Assembly (NCBI GenBank): GCA_030704615.1
Contig: CM060731.1
Coordinates: 88,288,001-88,352,000, forward strand
Direction: 5' to 3'
Origin: Takakia lepidozioides
Lineage: Eukaryota; Plantae; Bryophyta
Length of the DNA stretch: 64,000 bases
The notes below the pieces were generated by a model, which saw only the letters and a list, made by a program, of their open reading frames with translations, was not told where the DNA came from and made no database searches. Both the position numbers and the translations under genes were made by a program. Of the stretch, positions 1 through 11,155 are shown one piece after another. How positions within the stretch are numbered: position 1 is the stretch's first letter; the number at the start of each line of letters is the position of its first letter.

Positions 1-318
1 AAGCACAAAAGGTATGAAGTTTTCTCAAAACCCTTACCTGAGGCTAAATGCTTCTTGGTAAGCCTGGGCCCAACAATTAAAGCTAACCACACTTTAAACC
101 TAGGCAAACAGCAGGACAGATATACCTCCACGAGAACCTCGAGAGAAGTTAGAGGAGAAACCTACAGAGAGGAATCCCTACTTAAACCCAGGAGCAAACT
201 CCTCACCTTCTCTTCCGCAAACTGGAAATTGTTGTATACACAACTTCCAGTGTGCTTCATACTTCTTGTGATACAGGAATTGCTCCAATTCCTTACAGCA
301 ACCGCGAGACTAAGAGAA

Positions 319-3302
319 ATGGCAGGCACCAAGCGGAAGGCACCAAGTTCTTATGCGCAAGTCAATTTCAAAATCAGCCCAACATTGCGGAAGATTGAGC
401 AGGACACAAAGACACAAGAGATGTTGGACAGTCTTGGCCTGCGATACTTCATCACCACGCTGGACTGGAACCTGAAGCACAACGAGCTATGCAGGGAGTT
501 CTTGGAGAATTACAACACCAGCACTCGGAGCACAAATGTCCACGACACGCACATCCTGCTGACAGAGAGGTACTTGGCGGAAGTATTTCACCTTCCCAGT
601 TTGGACGTACCACCGCACACCGGAAAACCTCCAAGGTTTGTACTTGCAGATTTGTTTGAGAATCTCAACCAAGCAGATCAAGGCTACACATGCAGCCATA
701 GCAAAACCCATGGCTTCAGGAAGATAGCCCCAGTACTTAGCACATTGCTTTGCCTCAGGCAAAACCATAGCTACTGTACCAAGGAGCTAATCGACCAAGT
801 GTTGATTTGCTTCAATGGGCAAATCGTGAATTGGGCAAGCTTCTTATTGAAGAAGTTAACTCAAGAACTGACCAGGTTGACAAAGAAGAAGAAGGAAGCG
901 ACTGTTACCATGGCGACTCCATTGTTACTCCAGATGATTCGACACACTGTACACCTAACGGCCGAAGAGCAAGCGACGTTGGGAATCATACAACGGGTAG
1001 ACACAAGGGAGGAAGAAGGAAGTGAGACGGCAACATGTCAGGAAGAAGAAGAGGGCGGACTTGCAAAGAGAGCCCGGATCAACGAAGCAACCACAAGTGC
1101 AGCAGTAGAGGACATCATCAACTCGACGGCTAATTCCCCAGTACAGAGAGAAGGGGAGAATCAACAGCCAGAAGGAGGGAACAAACCACAGACCAACAAA
1201 GCAACGCCCATGGAAATTAGCCATGGCAACACCGAAGCACAGCAAGCAGCACGCACAGAGGCCACACAATCAGAGGAGGGAGACATAGTGGCGCAGCAAC
1301 AGCAGATGGTGCAACAGGCACCCGACCAGCAGCAACAGCAGATAGTACAACAGGCACCGAGTCAGCAGTAGCAAGAAAGAAATTCCAATTTGGAATTACT
1401 ACTAGCACAACAAGTTTTAGATACAAGAGCATGGGACACAGGGTTGGAGGAAGCACCACAAAATGTCATTCTGCAGGCAATACAAGCATTGGGGCAACTG
1501 ACAGTTTGTATGGACAGGGCCAAAGATTACATCAGCCCGGAAAACCTGAACATGATCTTAGACCACATCAAAGAGAAGCACCAGAGGGAATTGGCCACTA
1601 CAAGAACAGTATGTAACCATGAGGTTACAATTGCAGCATTAGAAGATCAAAAGTCGACCTTACTCCGCCAATACAACACATTGGCACAACGCAGAGATGA
1701 GTGGGAGCAAAAGTGGGAAGGATAGAGAGACAAAACACGCCATGTCCAAGCTGACCTCGATGCAGAGCAAGAGAGATCTTGGAAAACAGAGACAGAGGTG
1801 GAAACACTCACAAGGCAGGTGCAAACATTAAAGCAGCAGGTGGAGACACTCAAGGGGCAGCTGAGGACTGCCAGAGATCAGGGAACCAAATGGCTCAACA
1901 GCAACACTGCACTGCTGAAGCAAAGGGAGAATGCTGAGAGCAGGCTGTTTACCGCCACCACAGAAAGAGACATTGCCATGGGCAATGAACAAGAATGGAA
2001 GCAGCAGCTGGAGAAGCTGACACTGCAAGCAGGGTTGGATGCAACAGACGTAGCCTTAGCCAGAGCTTGGTTGAATGAAGGGAGTGAATTGGAGATGAAG
2101 AAACTCAACAGGGCAATGGTGAGGCAGATAAAGTGCCAGTTGACGAAATTGGTGACACACATTCATGAGGAGTTCCTGCCACCAATTCCAGAACAAGATG
2201 AACTCATGGACAAAGAGGATCAAGAGGAGCAAGATCACGAACGAGAGACACCAATACAATCAACAACAACAACACCAACACAAACACCACCAGCAACACA
2301 ACCACCACCAAACCAACAGACACTGGTACATGCCACAGCAGGGCCATCTACTCAAGAGGTAAACCCTGTAACACTACCAAGTGTCCTGGTAGCATCAACT
2401 TCAGTAGCAGTGGATGATTTCCAAATCATGCCATGCAAGCAGGATGGGGAGTGATTAAAGTATTCAGAGGAATACTTTAAAATGATGGTAGTACCAGCCC
2501 ACCAAATCCCATAAATACTGGAGAAGGTTTTCAAAACCTTAACTCCCTGCAAATCATTGGGTCAATTGCATCTTCTCAATCAAACTCTTATTCCTCTGAG
2601 ATATAGGATGAGACCACTGGCTAAGGAAGAGACATGGTCAGGGGCAGAATTGGATTTTGGCGCCAAGCTCCTCTGGAATACAAGGAGTTGGTAGCTTACA
2701 TGTGGGCAGTGGGGCAATTGAAGATTAATCCTACCTCGGCAGTAACCATTGTGATGGGATGCCCAAGTTTTTATATTGGCAGTTACTTGTACCGCATGTT
2801 CGTGACAATGAGGGGAAGCTGGCAGCGCTATGAGAGTATTGAAAAAGATACTCACTGGGAATTTACCCACCAGAGAGAGTCACAGGCACTTCAGCATATA
2901 TGAATAGGCCACTTTATGCTGAAGCATGGCGCCAGGCAAAGGTCCACTTTTCACCATTGGTATTGGACAGAGACCACCCTTTCAGAGAAACAGGGGTCCA
3001 AGCTGTTAACTGGTTAATGGGCAGCAAGGCAACAAAACACATTATACCCTGGACCAAGGAGGAGCAGCAAACCTACCGCAAAATCTTGACCAACAAAAAT
3101 TGATATGGTACGTGGGGACGGGATAGCAGAACACCCTGATGAAGAAAGCTGGCCTACTCACGAACTAGAGGAACAACCAGACAGTGACGATAACAAGAAC
3201 AATAAGCTGCCACCACGACAATCCTGGGATGCACTTCCTACCTCGCAGACAGGCATGCCACCACCTTACATCCCCAAGAGATACAGCAAGTACATGAATT
3301 GA
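319..3302 (+). pseudogene. Disrupted extra 3' ORF of Gypsy family A (plant-transposon-protein-like N-terminal domain, coiled coil, conserved C-terminal domain)
   Basis: Collinear ORF pieces 319-1371, 1390-1725, 1798-2454 and 2634-3302 are broken by stops and frameshifts. They align by eye with 6686-10183. Confidence 0.7.
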
Positions 3303-3349
3303 CGAAATTGTGCGGACACAATTTCAAAAGAGGGGGGGGGGGGGATAAA

Positions 3350-4199
3350 TGATAACGGCTATGCTACGAGGGACAGACAACGAGGGTCGCAACGGGACAT
3401 ACTGGGTAGTGATGGACGTACACTACCTGAGCCACAGGCAGACACGGCTAAGTACGCGGTACTTAGCCAATGGCGGGGCAAGGGTACATTACCACGAGAG
3501 CAGTAAGGGGTAGTGTAGTAACCGTGAGCCGTGAACCACAATATCACACGGTCACGACAACATCGGCTTTAACCAATAGAGGGAGTAGTGGATCATTTAC
3601 CACTATGGCTCACGACCACTACAACGAGCCACTTTTTAGCAAACCTTTTAGGTTGCGTAGGCAGTTAGGCAAACAGTCATTAACGACCGCAGGCTGTAAC
3701 GGCTCTTTCGAGCATAGTATAAAAAGACTGCACGCAACTCAGAAGGTGCGCAGTAGGAGTATCAGTGATCAATGTGTAGTTAGAGGGACTCAGAGTGATT
3801 TTGTGTACTTCTGTGATGATGTGACGAGCTCTGGAGTAAAGCCATGCTATTCGAAGTATCTCTGTGTAGAGTGAACGTGAGATGGTGAGAATGTGTATCA
3901 TCTCAGAATAGTTCTTGTTTTCTCTTGACTACCATCTGCTTGTAGGAACCAAGAGGCTTCAGTCCTTCCAACTAAGATCTTTTATGCTTAAGAGACTGTA
4001 GATTGGTCTTAATCAATAGGATTAAGCAGTCTGCAAGGATATGGCTTCATCCGACGTTCATGGTTTAGCTATCCTTAAAACGATTACTTCGTAATCGTTT
4101 TTGAAAGCATACCATCGGACAACCTCTGTTGCATGTCTTAGGAAATGGGCAGTAGTGTTAATAGCCTGTTTTGTCTAAGTCATAAACCAGCGGTTAACA
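3350..4199 (+). repeat. LTR, family A (850 bp)
   Basis: TG...CA ends, upstream PPT, TATA-like tataaaa at ~3718, and homology to 11156-11855 and ~17430-18079. Confidence 0.9.
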
Positions 4200-4217
4200 A
4201 ATTTCTTATTGGACAAT

Positions 4218-4514
4218 GGAATGCGGTGCCGCATTCCCGTCTAGCATCATGAAATGGGGAGCCGCATTTCCGTCGATGGGTCTGCAGTTGGAAAAATGTC
4301 CATCTCCAAAATGTAAATGCGGCACCGCATTTCCATGTTTGACCTCTGCATTTACATTTACCTCCATGGAAGGAGCTGGCAATCGGCAAAACTGTCGTGT
4401 CGAAAACGGAAATGCGGCACCGCATTTCCGTTCGGCCGAACAGTTTCTAATGTCCAAACCATGAAACGGAAAATTGTTCTTGCCTCGGTTTTGGAAATGC
4501 GGTGCCGCATTTCC
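4218..4514. repeat. Cluster of palindromes AAATGCGG(CA/TG)CCGCATTT
   Basis: Copies at 4218-4237, 4251-4270, 4315-4332, 4405-4432 and 4493-4514, plus another at 5821-5838 inside an intron. Confidence 0.9.
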
Positions 4515-4695
4515 GATTTTGGGAGGGACCAGGTTTGGACGATGTTGTCGTTGAGAAGCACATGGGAGAGGGGACATGAAGGACGGGGAGAATTTCCTTT
4601 ATATACTCTGGAAGGGAACTTAAATGTACAGAGAGTTCATTAAAATTCTATTAATCTTGAAAATCATCACTATCGTCGTCCTATCCTTGACTGTC

Positions 4696-6182
4696 CTACT
4701 CCGCCTCCACCCCGTCATTGTCTTTCTCATCTCCAGCGGACTGCTCGTTGGCCAGGCTTTCGAAAATCCCATCTTCACCTTGCGGAACCGACCATCTCAC
4801 CTCCGTTGGCTCGTCGTCCTCCCTGTCTGCATCGCTCTCATCCGCTGAATCACATATGAACTTTCGCACCCGTCTACTTGTCTCAGCTGTTGCCAACTCT
4901 TTCCTTATCCTTCTGTCCTCCCTAGCCCTCTCCAAAATCTGCTCTACTTTACTAGGATTCTCACATCGTCTAATCGCTGTATTTGCGAGTTTAGCTGCAT
5001 AACTAGGAAGGGAGTAGTCCTTCACCGGGCTCGTCATGAAGTCGCCCCTCGCAAAGAACGGGACATTCTTCCTGGCAAGAAGTGTAGGCCCTACATGTTT
5101 CGACCCGGATCCTAGAATCCTGCACATAACAATCACCAACGAGACCAATGAGAACCACAGTCCGGAAATGCATTTGACAAAAAATCACCCAGAAGGCTTT
5201 GCAAACTTACAATGTTTGCACTCACTCGTATTCCGGGTTCTCCTCGGCATCAATGTCCACTGTCTCTTCCTCCGACTCCGACGAATCCGAGGAGTCTTTG
5301 GCTTCGATGGGAGCCTTCACATTCCGTTGCAGCCCTTCCAGATGGGATCCCCAGACGGATGTGTCCTCCTCGTAGGCAAAGAGGTGCCGGTCGGAAAACC
5401 GCCCAGCCCACATTGAGGCACCTGTTACAATGCCATCCACACATTATGACATGGCCCTTCAGATGTTGCGAATTAAAGCATAACAAGAATTTGGAGAACA
5501 ACATACAACAAGATTCTGCATACCTGTCCCACAGATGAGGTCGAGCACTGTGCCCTCCACGTCAGTGCATGTCTCCATAATTGTCTGAATGAAGACAGGG
5601 CTCCGAGTCCGTGAATACCGCAGGGGTTCAATTGAAGTGAGGCTATGAGGGAGAAGTTCCGTGGGAACGTTGTTGAACAGGACGTCGTAATCGATGGGGT
5701 CGCAATTCAGGGTCAACCAACAATCCCTCCTTCCGGAAAGCAAAGGTGGAGTTCTCCTTCACAAAGTAGTATGCATCGAACTGCTTCGTCTGCATACACA
5801 GTGGGGAACGATTAGAAATCGAATGCGGCACCGCATTTAAAAACTCCTAAGAAAATGAAAGGACGAGTGCCAATGTCGTAATTACCTTCTTCCCTTCCGA
5901 CCGAAGGCCCAATGTGTTGATGCACGTCCATTTCTTCTTCAGAATTGGGACGGCGCTCTTGCGGGTCCACTTCGCAATTCCTGTCTGCGTGTTTTTGCCT
6001 CTGCTCGCCAGGACAACCACACAGCCTCTGTCGTCCAACACCATGCGGGCGAGCCCGAATCCTTTCTTCCAAAAGTCCTCGGAGTACCTGTTCCAAGATG
6101 GCAAAGCTTGCAGTCCTTCCACAGGCTCTCCGTCCGGAATATCCAAGATGATCATATCGCAAGACCACTCGGTGGCATTTCC
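4696..6182 (-). pseudogene. Spliced beta-class N4-cytosine/N6-adenine DNA methyltransferase-like gene, copy 1 (5' end in gap)
   Basis: Exons >=6182-5886, 5789-5524, 5421-5226 and 5119-4696 have GT-AG introns in consistent phases. Motif IV-like SCDMIILDIPDG, ARMVLDDRGCVVV and motif I-like TVLDLICGTGAS..RHLFAYEED are present. There is a 1-bp frameshift near 5708 and a premature TAG at 4696. Confidence 0.75.
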
Positions 6183-6682
6183 NNNNNNNNNNNNNNNNNN
6201 NNNNNNNNNNNNNNNNNNNNNNNNNNNNNNNNNNNNNNNNNNNNNNNNNNNNNNNNNNNNNNNNNNNNNNNNNNNNNNNNNNNNNNNNNNNNNNNNNNNN
6301 NNNNNNNNNNNNNNNNNNNNNNNNNNNNNNNNNNNNNNNNNNNNNNNNNNNNNNNNNNNNNNNNNNNNNNNNNNNNNNNNNNNNNNNNNNNNNNNNNNNN
6401 NNNNNNNNNNNNNNNNNNNNNNNNNNNNNNNNNNNNNNNNNNNNNNNNNNNNNNNNNNNNNNNNNNNNNNNNNNNNNNNNNNNNNNNNNNNNNNNNNNNN
6501 NNNNNNNNNNNNNNNNNNNNNNNNNNNNNNNNNNNNNNNNNNNNNNNNNNNNNNNNNNNNNNNNNNNNNNNNNNNNNNNNNNNNNNNNNNNNNNNNNNNN
6601 NNNNNNNNNNNNNNNNNNNNNNNNNNNNNNNNNNNNNNNNNNNNNNNNNNNNNNNNNNNNNNNNNNNNNNNNNNNNNNNNNN
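6183..6682. other. Assembly gap (500 N)
   Basis: Run of n. Confidence 1.
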
Positions 6683-6685
6683 GGA

Positions 6686-9600
6686 ATGGAGGATATCAGG
6701 GTGAAGAGCACGACGATATTGCAGAAGCAAACAATTGCAGCACCGCAGGCAGTACAGCTGCTAAGGGAGTTGCGATTGGAAGGGCTGCTACACAAGGACT
6801 GGTCCTTGCATCATCGGCAGTTCATGATACAATTTCTTCAGAACTTTGAGCCTCGGACGGGAGTTACTTAGGTGAGGGGAGTAGATATAGAAATTACTCC
6901 CCAGTACCTGTAGCAATTGTTTGATTTGCCATCAGGACATGTGGATGTGGATGAGCACAGGGCAAGATTGCAGATAGGGAATTTGTTCCAAGAAGGGAGT
7001 TTCTTTAAAACTCAAGGCTACGCTTGTACCAAAGCCGAGTACCCAGGGCTTAGGGAAGTTGGCCAAATCCAGAACGTTCTGTTTGCCATGAAACAGAACC
7101 AACAGTATTTGAGCAGGTCATTCACAGAGGAGATCCTAAAAGCTTTGAGGGGAGAGGATGTTGCTTGGGCGGAGTTAATGTACAACGGATTGGTGGACGA
7201 GATGAAGAGGTTACAGGGCACTGCTGCTAAGTCTCCGATCATTGTGTCCGGTCCAGTCATTGCCCAAATAATTCTTGATTCTTGCATACTTGATACTCGG
7301 GAACGTAAGGAGATGAGAGTGTTTGAGGCAGAAACCACTGCAATAGAAGAGCAGGGCTCTTCACACAGTGAGGGTGGACTGGCAGGGCAACACCAGTCTA
7401 AGAGACAGAGGCGGGGTATAACTGTAGTGGCGGATCCACTGGCTTCACGAAAACCGCACGATAATGTTTCCCAACTCTTGTGCAAGATGGGGCACAACAG
7501 CACAGAGAGCAGTTATTATTGGAAGCACAGCCTTCGGAAAGGGAAGAGGAAGTCACTTCGATACCACAGCCACCACAACCAATTGACTCAGATATTTTGG
7601 AAGTTCCACAGTTAGTGCATATTGTGACATCACCCCCAATTGCTCTGGAACGAGAAAGGTTGGACATTCCCACTACAGAGCAGGTCGTGGCCGAAATTGA
7701 GAAGGGTGACCTTCTCTATGAAAACTCTGGCTTGGTAAGGGAATCAGTGATTCCAGAGGTGCAGCGGTTTTCCAGGGGAAACCCTACTGTGCATGTAATA
7801 CCCACACCCGTGACGGAGGTACCAGGGGTAGAATATCAAGACACTGCAGCACCAGTGGCGGATGAAGTGATTCAGGAAGAAAATCTAGTGGGGCAATGGC
7901 CTGAATGGTTGGTGAGGCATCACACTATTGAGGATCAGGGAGAACAGTAGCAAGCTCCCCATGAAGACCCTCAGCAGGCCATGCTTATGAGTTCCATAAG
8001 CAGAACACTTATTTGTTGGGCACTTATGTGAAATCCCATGTTCCATCTACCCAATTGACAGCTTTGAGGGAAGAGCTCAGAAAGGAGTTTGAGGCTCAAC
8101 TTGCCACTGAGTGTGCAAACAAGGTCGATGAGGAGGTCAATCTCAAGTTACGGCAAGAGTTAGAAGATACAAAAGCTGCTTTGCAGTTGGCCAAAGAACA
8201 TTTGATTGAAGCAGGCCTTGCGCAGGACCAGTTGCATGAAGCACATAAACAACAGTTATACCAAATGCAGGTGAAGCATGAGGGCAAGTTGCAAGAAGTT
8301 AATGCACTACATATAGAGTTGCAGGCAGTACATGAGAGGATGACCATACAATGTGCTACACTCACAACTACTCTTGAGCAAACTGCATTAGAAGTTAACA
8401 GACAAGGGGAGAGATGTATGAAGGCAGAGGCAGAGACAGTCGAGCAGGCGAAACTCATTGTTGATATGAAGAATACAATCTGTTGCAATGAGAATACTTT
8501 CAAGCAATACAGACAGGTTGAAGCTGACCAAGAGAGGTACATCCTGGAGTTGCAACAAACGGTCATGGTAAATAGAAATGAACTCTATGTGGCTAACAAG
8601 GCTTGGAATGAAGCCAATAATCTGGCTGCTGCTTATGCAAGTTTGGTTGAACCTCATGCGAAGCGCATGGAGGCTTTACAGCAGCAGTTAGATGTGTACA
8701 AGCTCACAGAAAAGCAGACTCTCAGGGGTACCACACACAACTTGGTGGATAACCACCTTATGCAGGTCTGGTTAGCGCAAGGGCCGGTGGAAGGCAAAGC
8801 ACCACGGAAGCTCACCCAGGGCGAGATGAATGAGTTCAGACTGCAGGTGCAGAACATTGCCACAACTACTATAGACAATGTCTATAGTAGGATAGCAGAG
8901 CTACAGAAGGATGTAGAAGGCCTGCAGACTCAGGTGGATGACCTGAGTTCAAATATTGACAAGAGAGTCTTTGTACCTGAAGAGCAGCTGATGGCTACTT
9001 ATTTATAGACCAGAACTCTAATTTTTCAGTCTTCTTCGCAAGGGGTGCAGGAGATGTCAGTGGTAGAAGGGCCAGTGCTACCAATACCACAACCAGTGAC
9101 TGTGCAGGTAGCTGACCCTGTTGTTACTACAGCCACACCACAGCCTGAGGTATGGGGGGATGCTACTTATAACCCACCTAAGACTCCTGCTGCATGGGAG
9201 TATAGTCGGGCTATGATTATGCCCTTCAACCAAATTCCCATTGTGTTGGATTTGGCTTGGAAGGAATTTAGTCCTCCGCAGTCGTTGGCACATTACTACC
9301 AGATCATGCGCATTTGGCTGCCAGTGGCAACTAGGACTAAGGTTCTTCCGAACAATCGACCCATTGAGGATCATCACTTTGCGAAGTACTGGTCTGAAGC
9401 AAGTACCATGTTGAAGGAATTAATTGCCTTCCAAGTTGTACATGGGTACATTTATACCAAGACCAAGGAGGTAGCAAGTATTGTCATGGGCTGTGGATTA
9501 TACTATGCTGCTTGTTTTCTGGCACGTTATCACATTGAGCAGCAGAAGATGCAATCGCGATTTCTGAGTTATCCAGTGGGGATCATTGGGTCTTACCTTC

Positions 9601-10183
9601 AGTGCCACCTCATATGTACCTATATGAAGCAAAAGTTATGATGCAAAAGGATTCCCAACTTCGTTCATGATTTCATTCGGCCTGGAACAATTTGACAACA
9701 CAGAAATTCGGCCATGACGATATTTTCTTTAAGGGACATGAGGCATGGAAATACTTGCACTGTTCCCAAGTCATTGGCACACCACTCACCTTTACGGACA
9801 AGGAGTTCAGGGTGTTCACCAATTTTGCCATTAAGCGTTTACAGCAAGTTGTACAGTTTAAACTTCCAGACATGGCGGGACCACATTGTATGCCACAGAG
9901 GATTCCAGTTAGAGTTTGACCGTTAAAACACCTCAGGGGGGACGACGATTCTAATACTACTGTTTCTTCAGCGGACTCTTTTGACATGGCAGAAGACTAT
10001 GCACTTCAGTTGGCAGAAAAGAAACGACGGGGATCTCCTATGCCTGAGAGGTTACCTCGATATCAGCCAAAGGAGGGTCAGACATTTCCAGGTAGTGCTC
10101 AATTATCTCCGTCAACCTGTGACAAGACTCGGGCTCGCACACGAAGTCCTTCACGAGACTCTCACCGTCAGAAGGGTGTTTGA
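6686..10183 (+). pseudogene. Disrupted extra 3' ORF of Gypsy family B, homologous to 319-3302
   Basis: Shared blocks: DW.L.H..., QGY.C, V.WA..., M.P..QIP.., KEL.A and IVMGC..Y. The middle is coiled coil (8013-9008). Confidence 0.7.
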
Positions 10184-10235
10184 TCACAAAGGTTTGCTAA
10201 TCCAAAACAGTAAACCGTGAGAGGGGGAGGGGTAA

Positions 10236-11155
10236 TGTTAGAGGGCTGCTTGGGACTTTAACGCTTTTAAGGGTTCTGTGGGGTACCCTTAATTTTTACA
10301 CAGACTGAGACCAACAGGAGCCTTAGGGGTGACAGCAACAGGCTTTAGGGGGGGGGGGTTACACAGCCCGACACAGCCAGTCACAGCCGCCACAGCCCGT
10401 CACAGCCAACACAGCCCGATACAGCCCGACACAGCTAGTCACAGCCCGTCACAGCCAACACAGCCCAATACAGCCCAACACAGCCGACACAGCCAGTCAC
10501 AGCTCGGCACAACTTGACACAGCCTGTCACAGTGCATGGGGAATAATTATCATTGGCAGGGAACGACTGTGAGGGAACGACATCTGCAGAAGAAACGTGT
10601 TACTTCAGGGATGACGGTTAATTAGTTAGGTGGTTAAAACAGCTTGCGGGCAGATAAGGGGAGCGGCAACGGAAAGAGATGACACTTCAGAGGGAGCGCT
10701 TCTTGGTCATGGAGGAGAGGAGATCAGGTGGAGAGCAAGAACGAGAGCCGAAAGAAGGAGAAAAGATGAACAGTAGATGCTTATTTCATGCAGAGCTGTA
10801 GTGATACTGTAGGGCGGATTAGAGTCATCTTGACATTGGCCTAGTACCTGATATCTGATACTTATTTGATACAAGCACACTGTGTAGAGAGACATGAGTG
10901 AAGCTGTGAAATGAATGCATGATTAACTGGAACTAAGAAGATACTGTAGCAAACTGATGCTTCAGTATCAGATAAGGTAAATTGATAACATGAAGGCAAG
11001 AAGGAATACAAAAGGGAAGCACAACCATGATTCACTAGCTGCAGGTCATGACTGATTGTACTGAGCGGGCTGAGTGCTTAGAGATATCCAACTCTTCTAT
11101 CTTGGAGTTTCCACCTCGGATAGCAAAGGGATGGGTGAGTAAAAGCCGCTCGACA
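10236..11155 (+). repeat. LTR, family B (920 bp), containing a (cacagcc)n minisatellite at ~10361-10532
   Basis: TG...CA ends, preceded by PPT; ~10-bp tandem cacagccNNN units. Confidence 0.85.

Larger units (their letters stand above)
1..4199 (+). mobile_element. 3' part of Ty3/Gypsy LTR retrotransposon, family A (extra 3' ORF, PPT, 3' LTR)
   Basis: PPT aaaagaggggggggggggga (3326-3345) is followed by an LTR TGATAAC...GGTTAACA (3350-4199). The same LTR precedes PBS/gag at 11156-11855. Confidence 0.85.
6683..11155 (+). mobile_element. 3' part of Ty3/Gypsy family B (extra 3' ORF, PPT, 3' LTR)
   Basis: PPT gagagggggagggg at ~10219-10232 and LTR TGTTAGAG...CTCGACA at 10236-11155. The LTR end matches the reverse complement of 45300-45682 and 43024-43210. 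Confidence 0.85.

Noticed and set aside
1390-2454. SMC/myosin-like host gene (also 8013-9008)
   Set aside because: Generic coiled coil lying inside LTR elements, upstream of the PPT.
4180-4643. ORFs with repeated CGAAF/GNAAPHF peptides
   Set aside because: These are by-products of the palindromic DNA motif, read similarly on both strands.
5812-6849. Long ORFs spanning the N run (also 45491-46388)
   Set aside because: These are artefacts of translating through assembly gaps.
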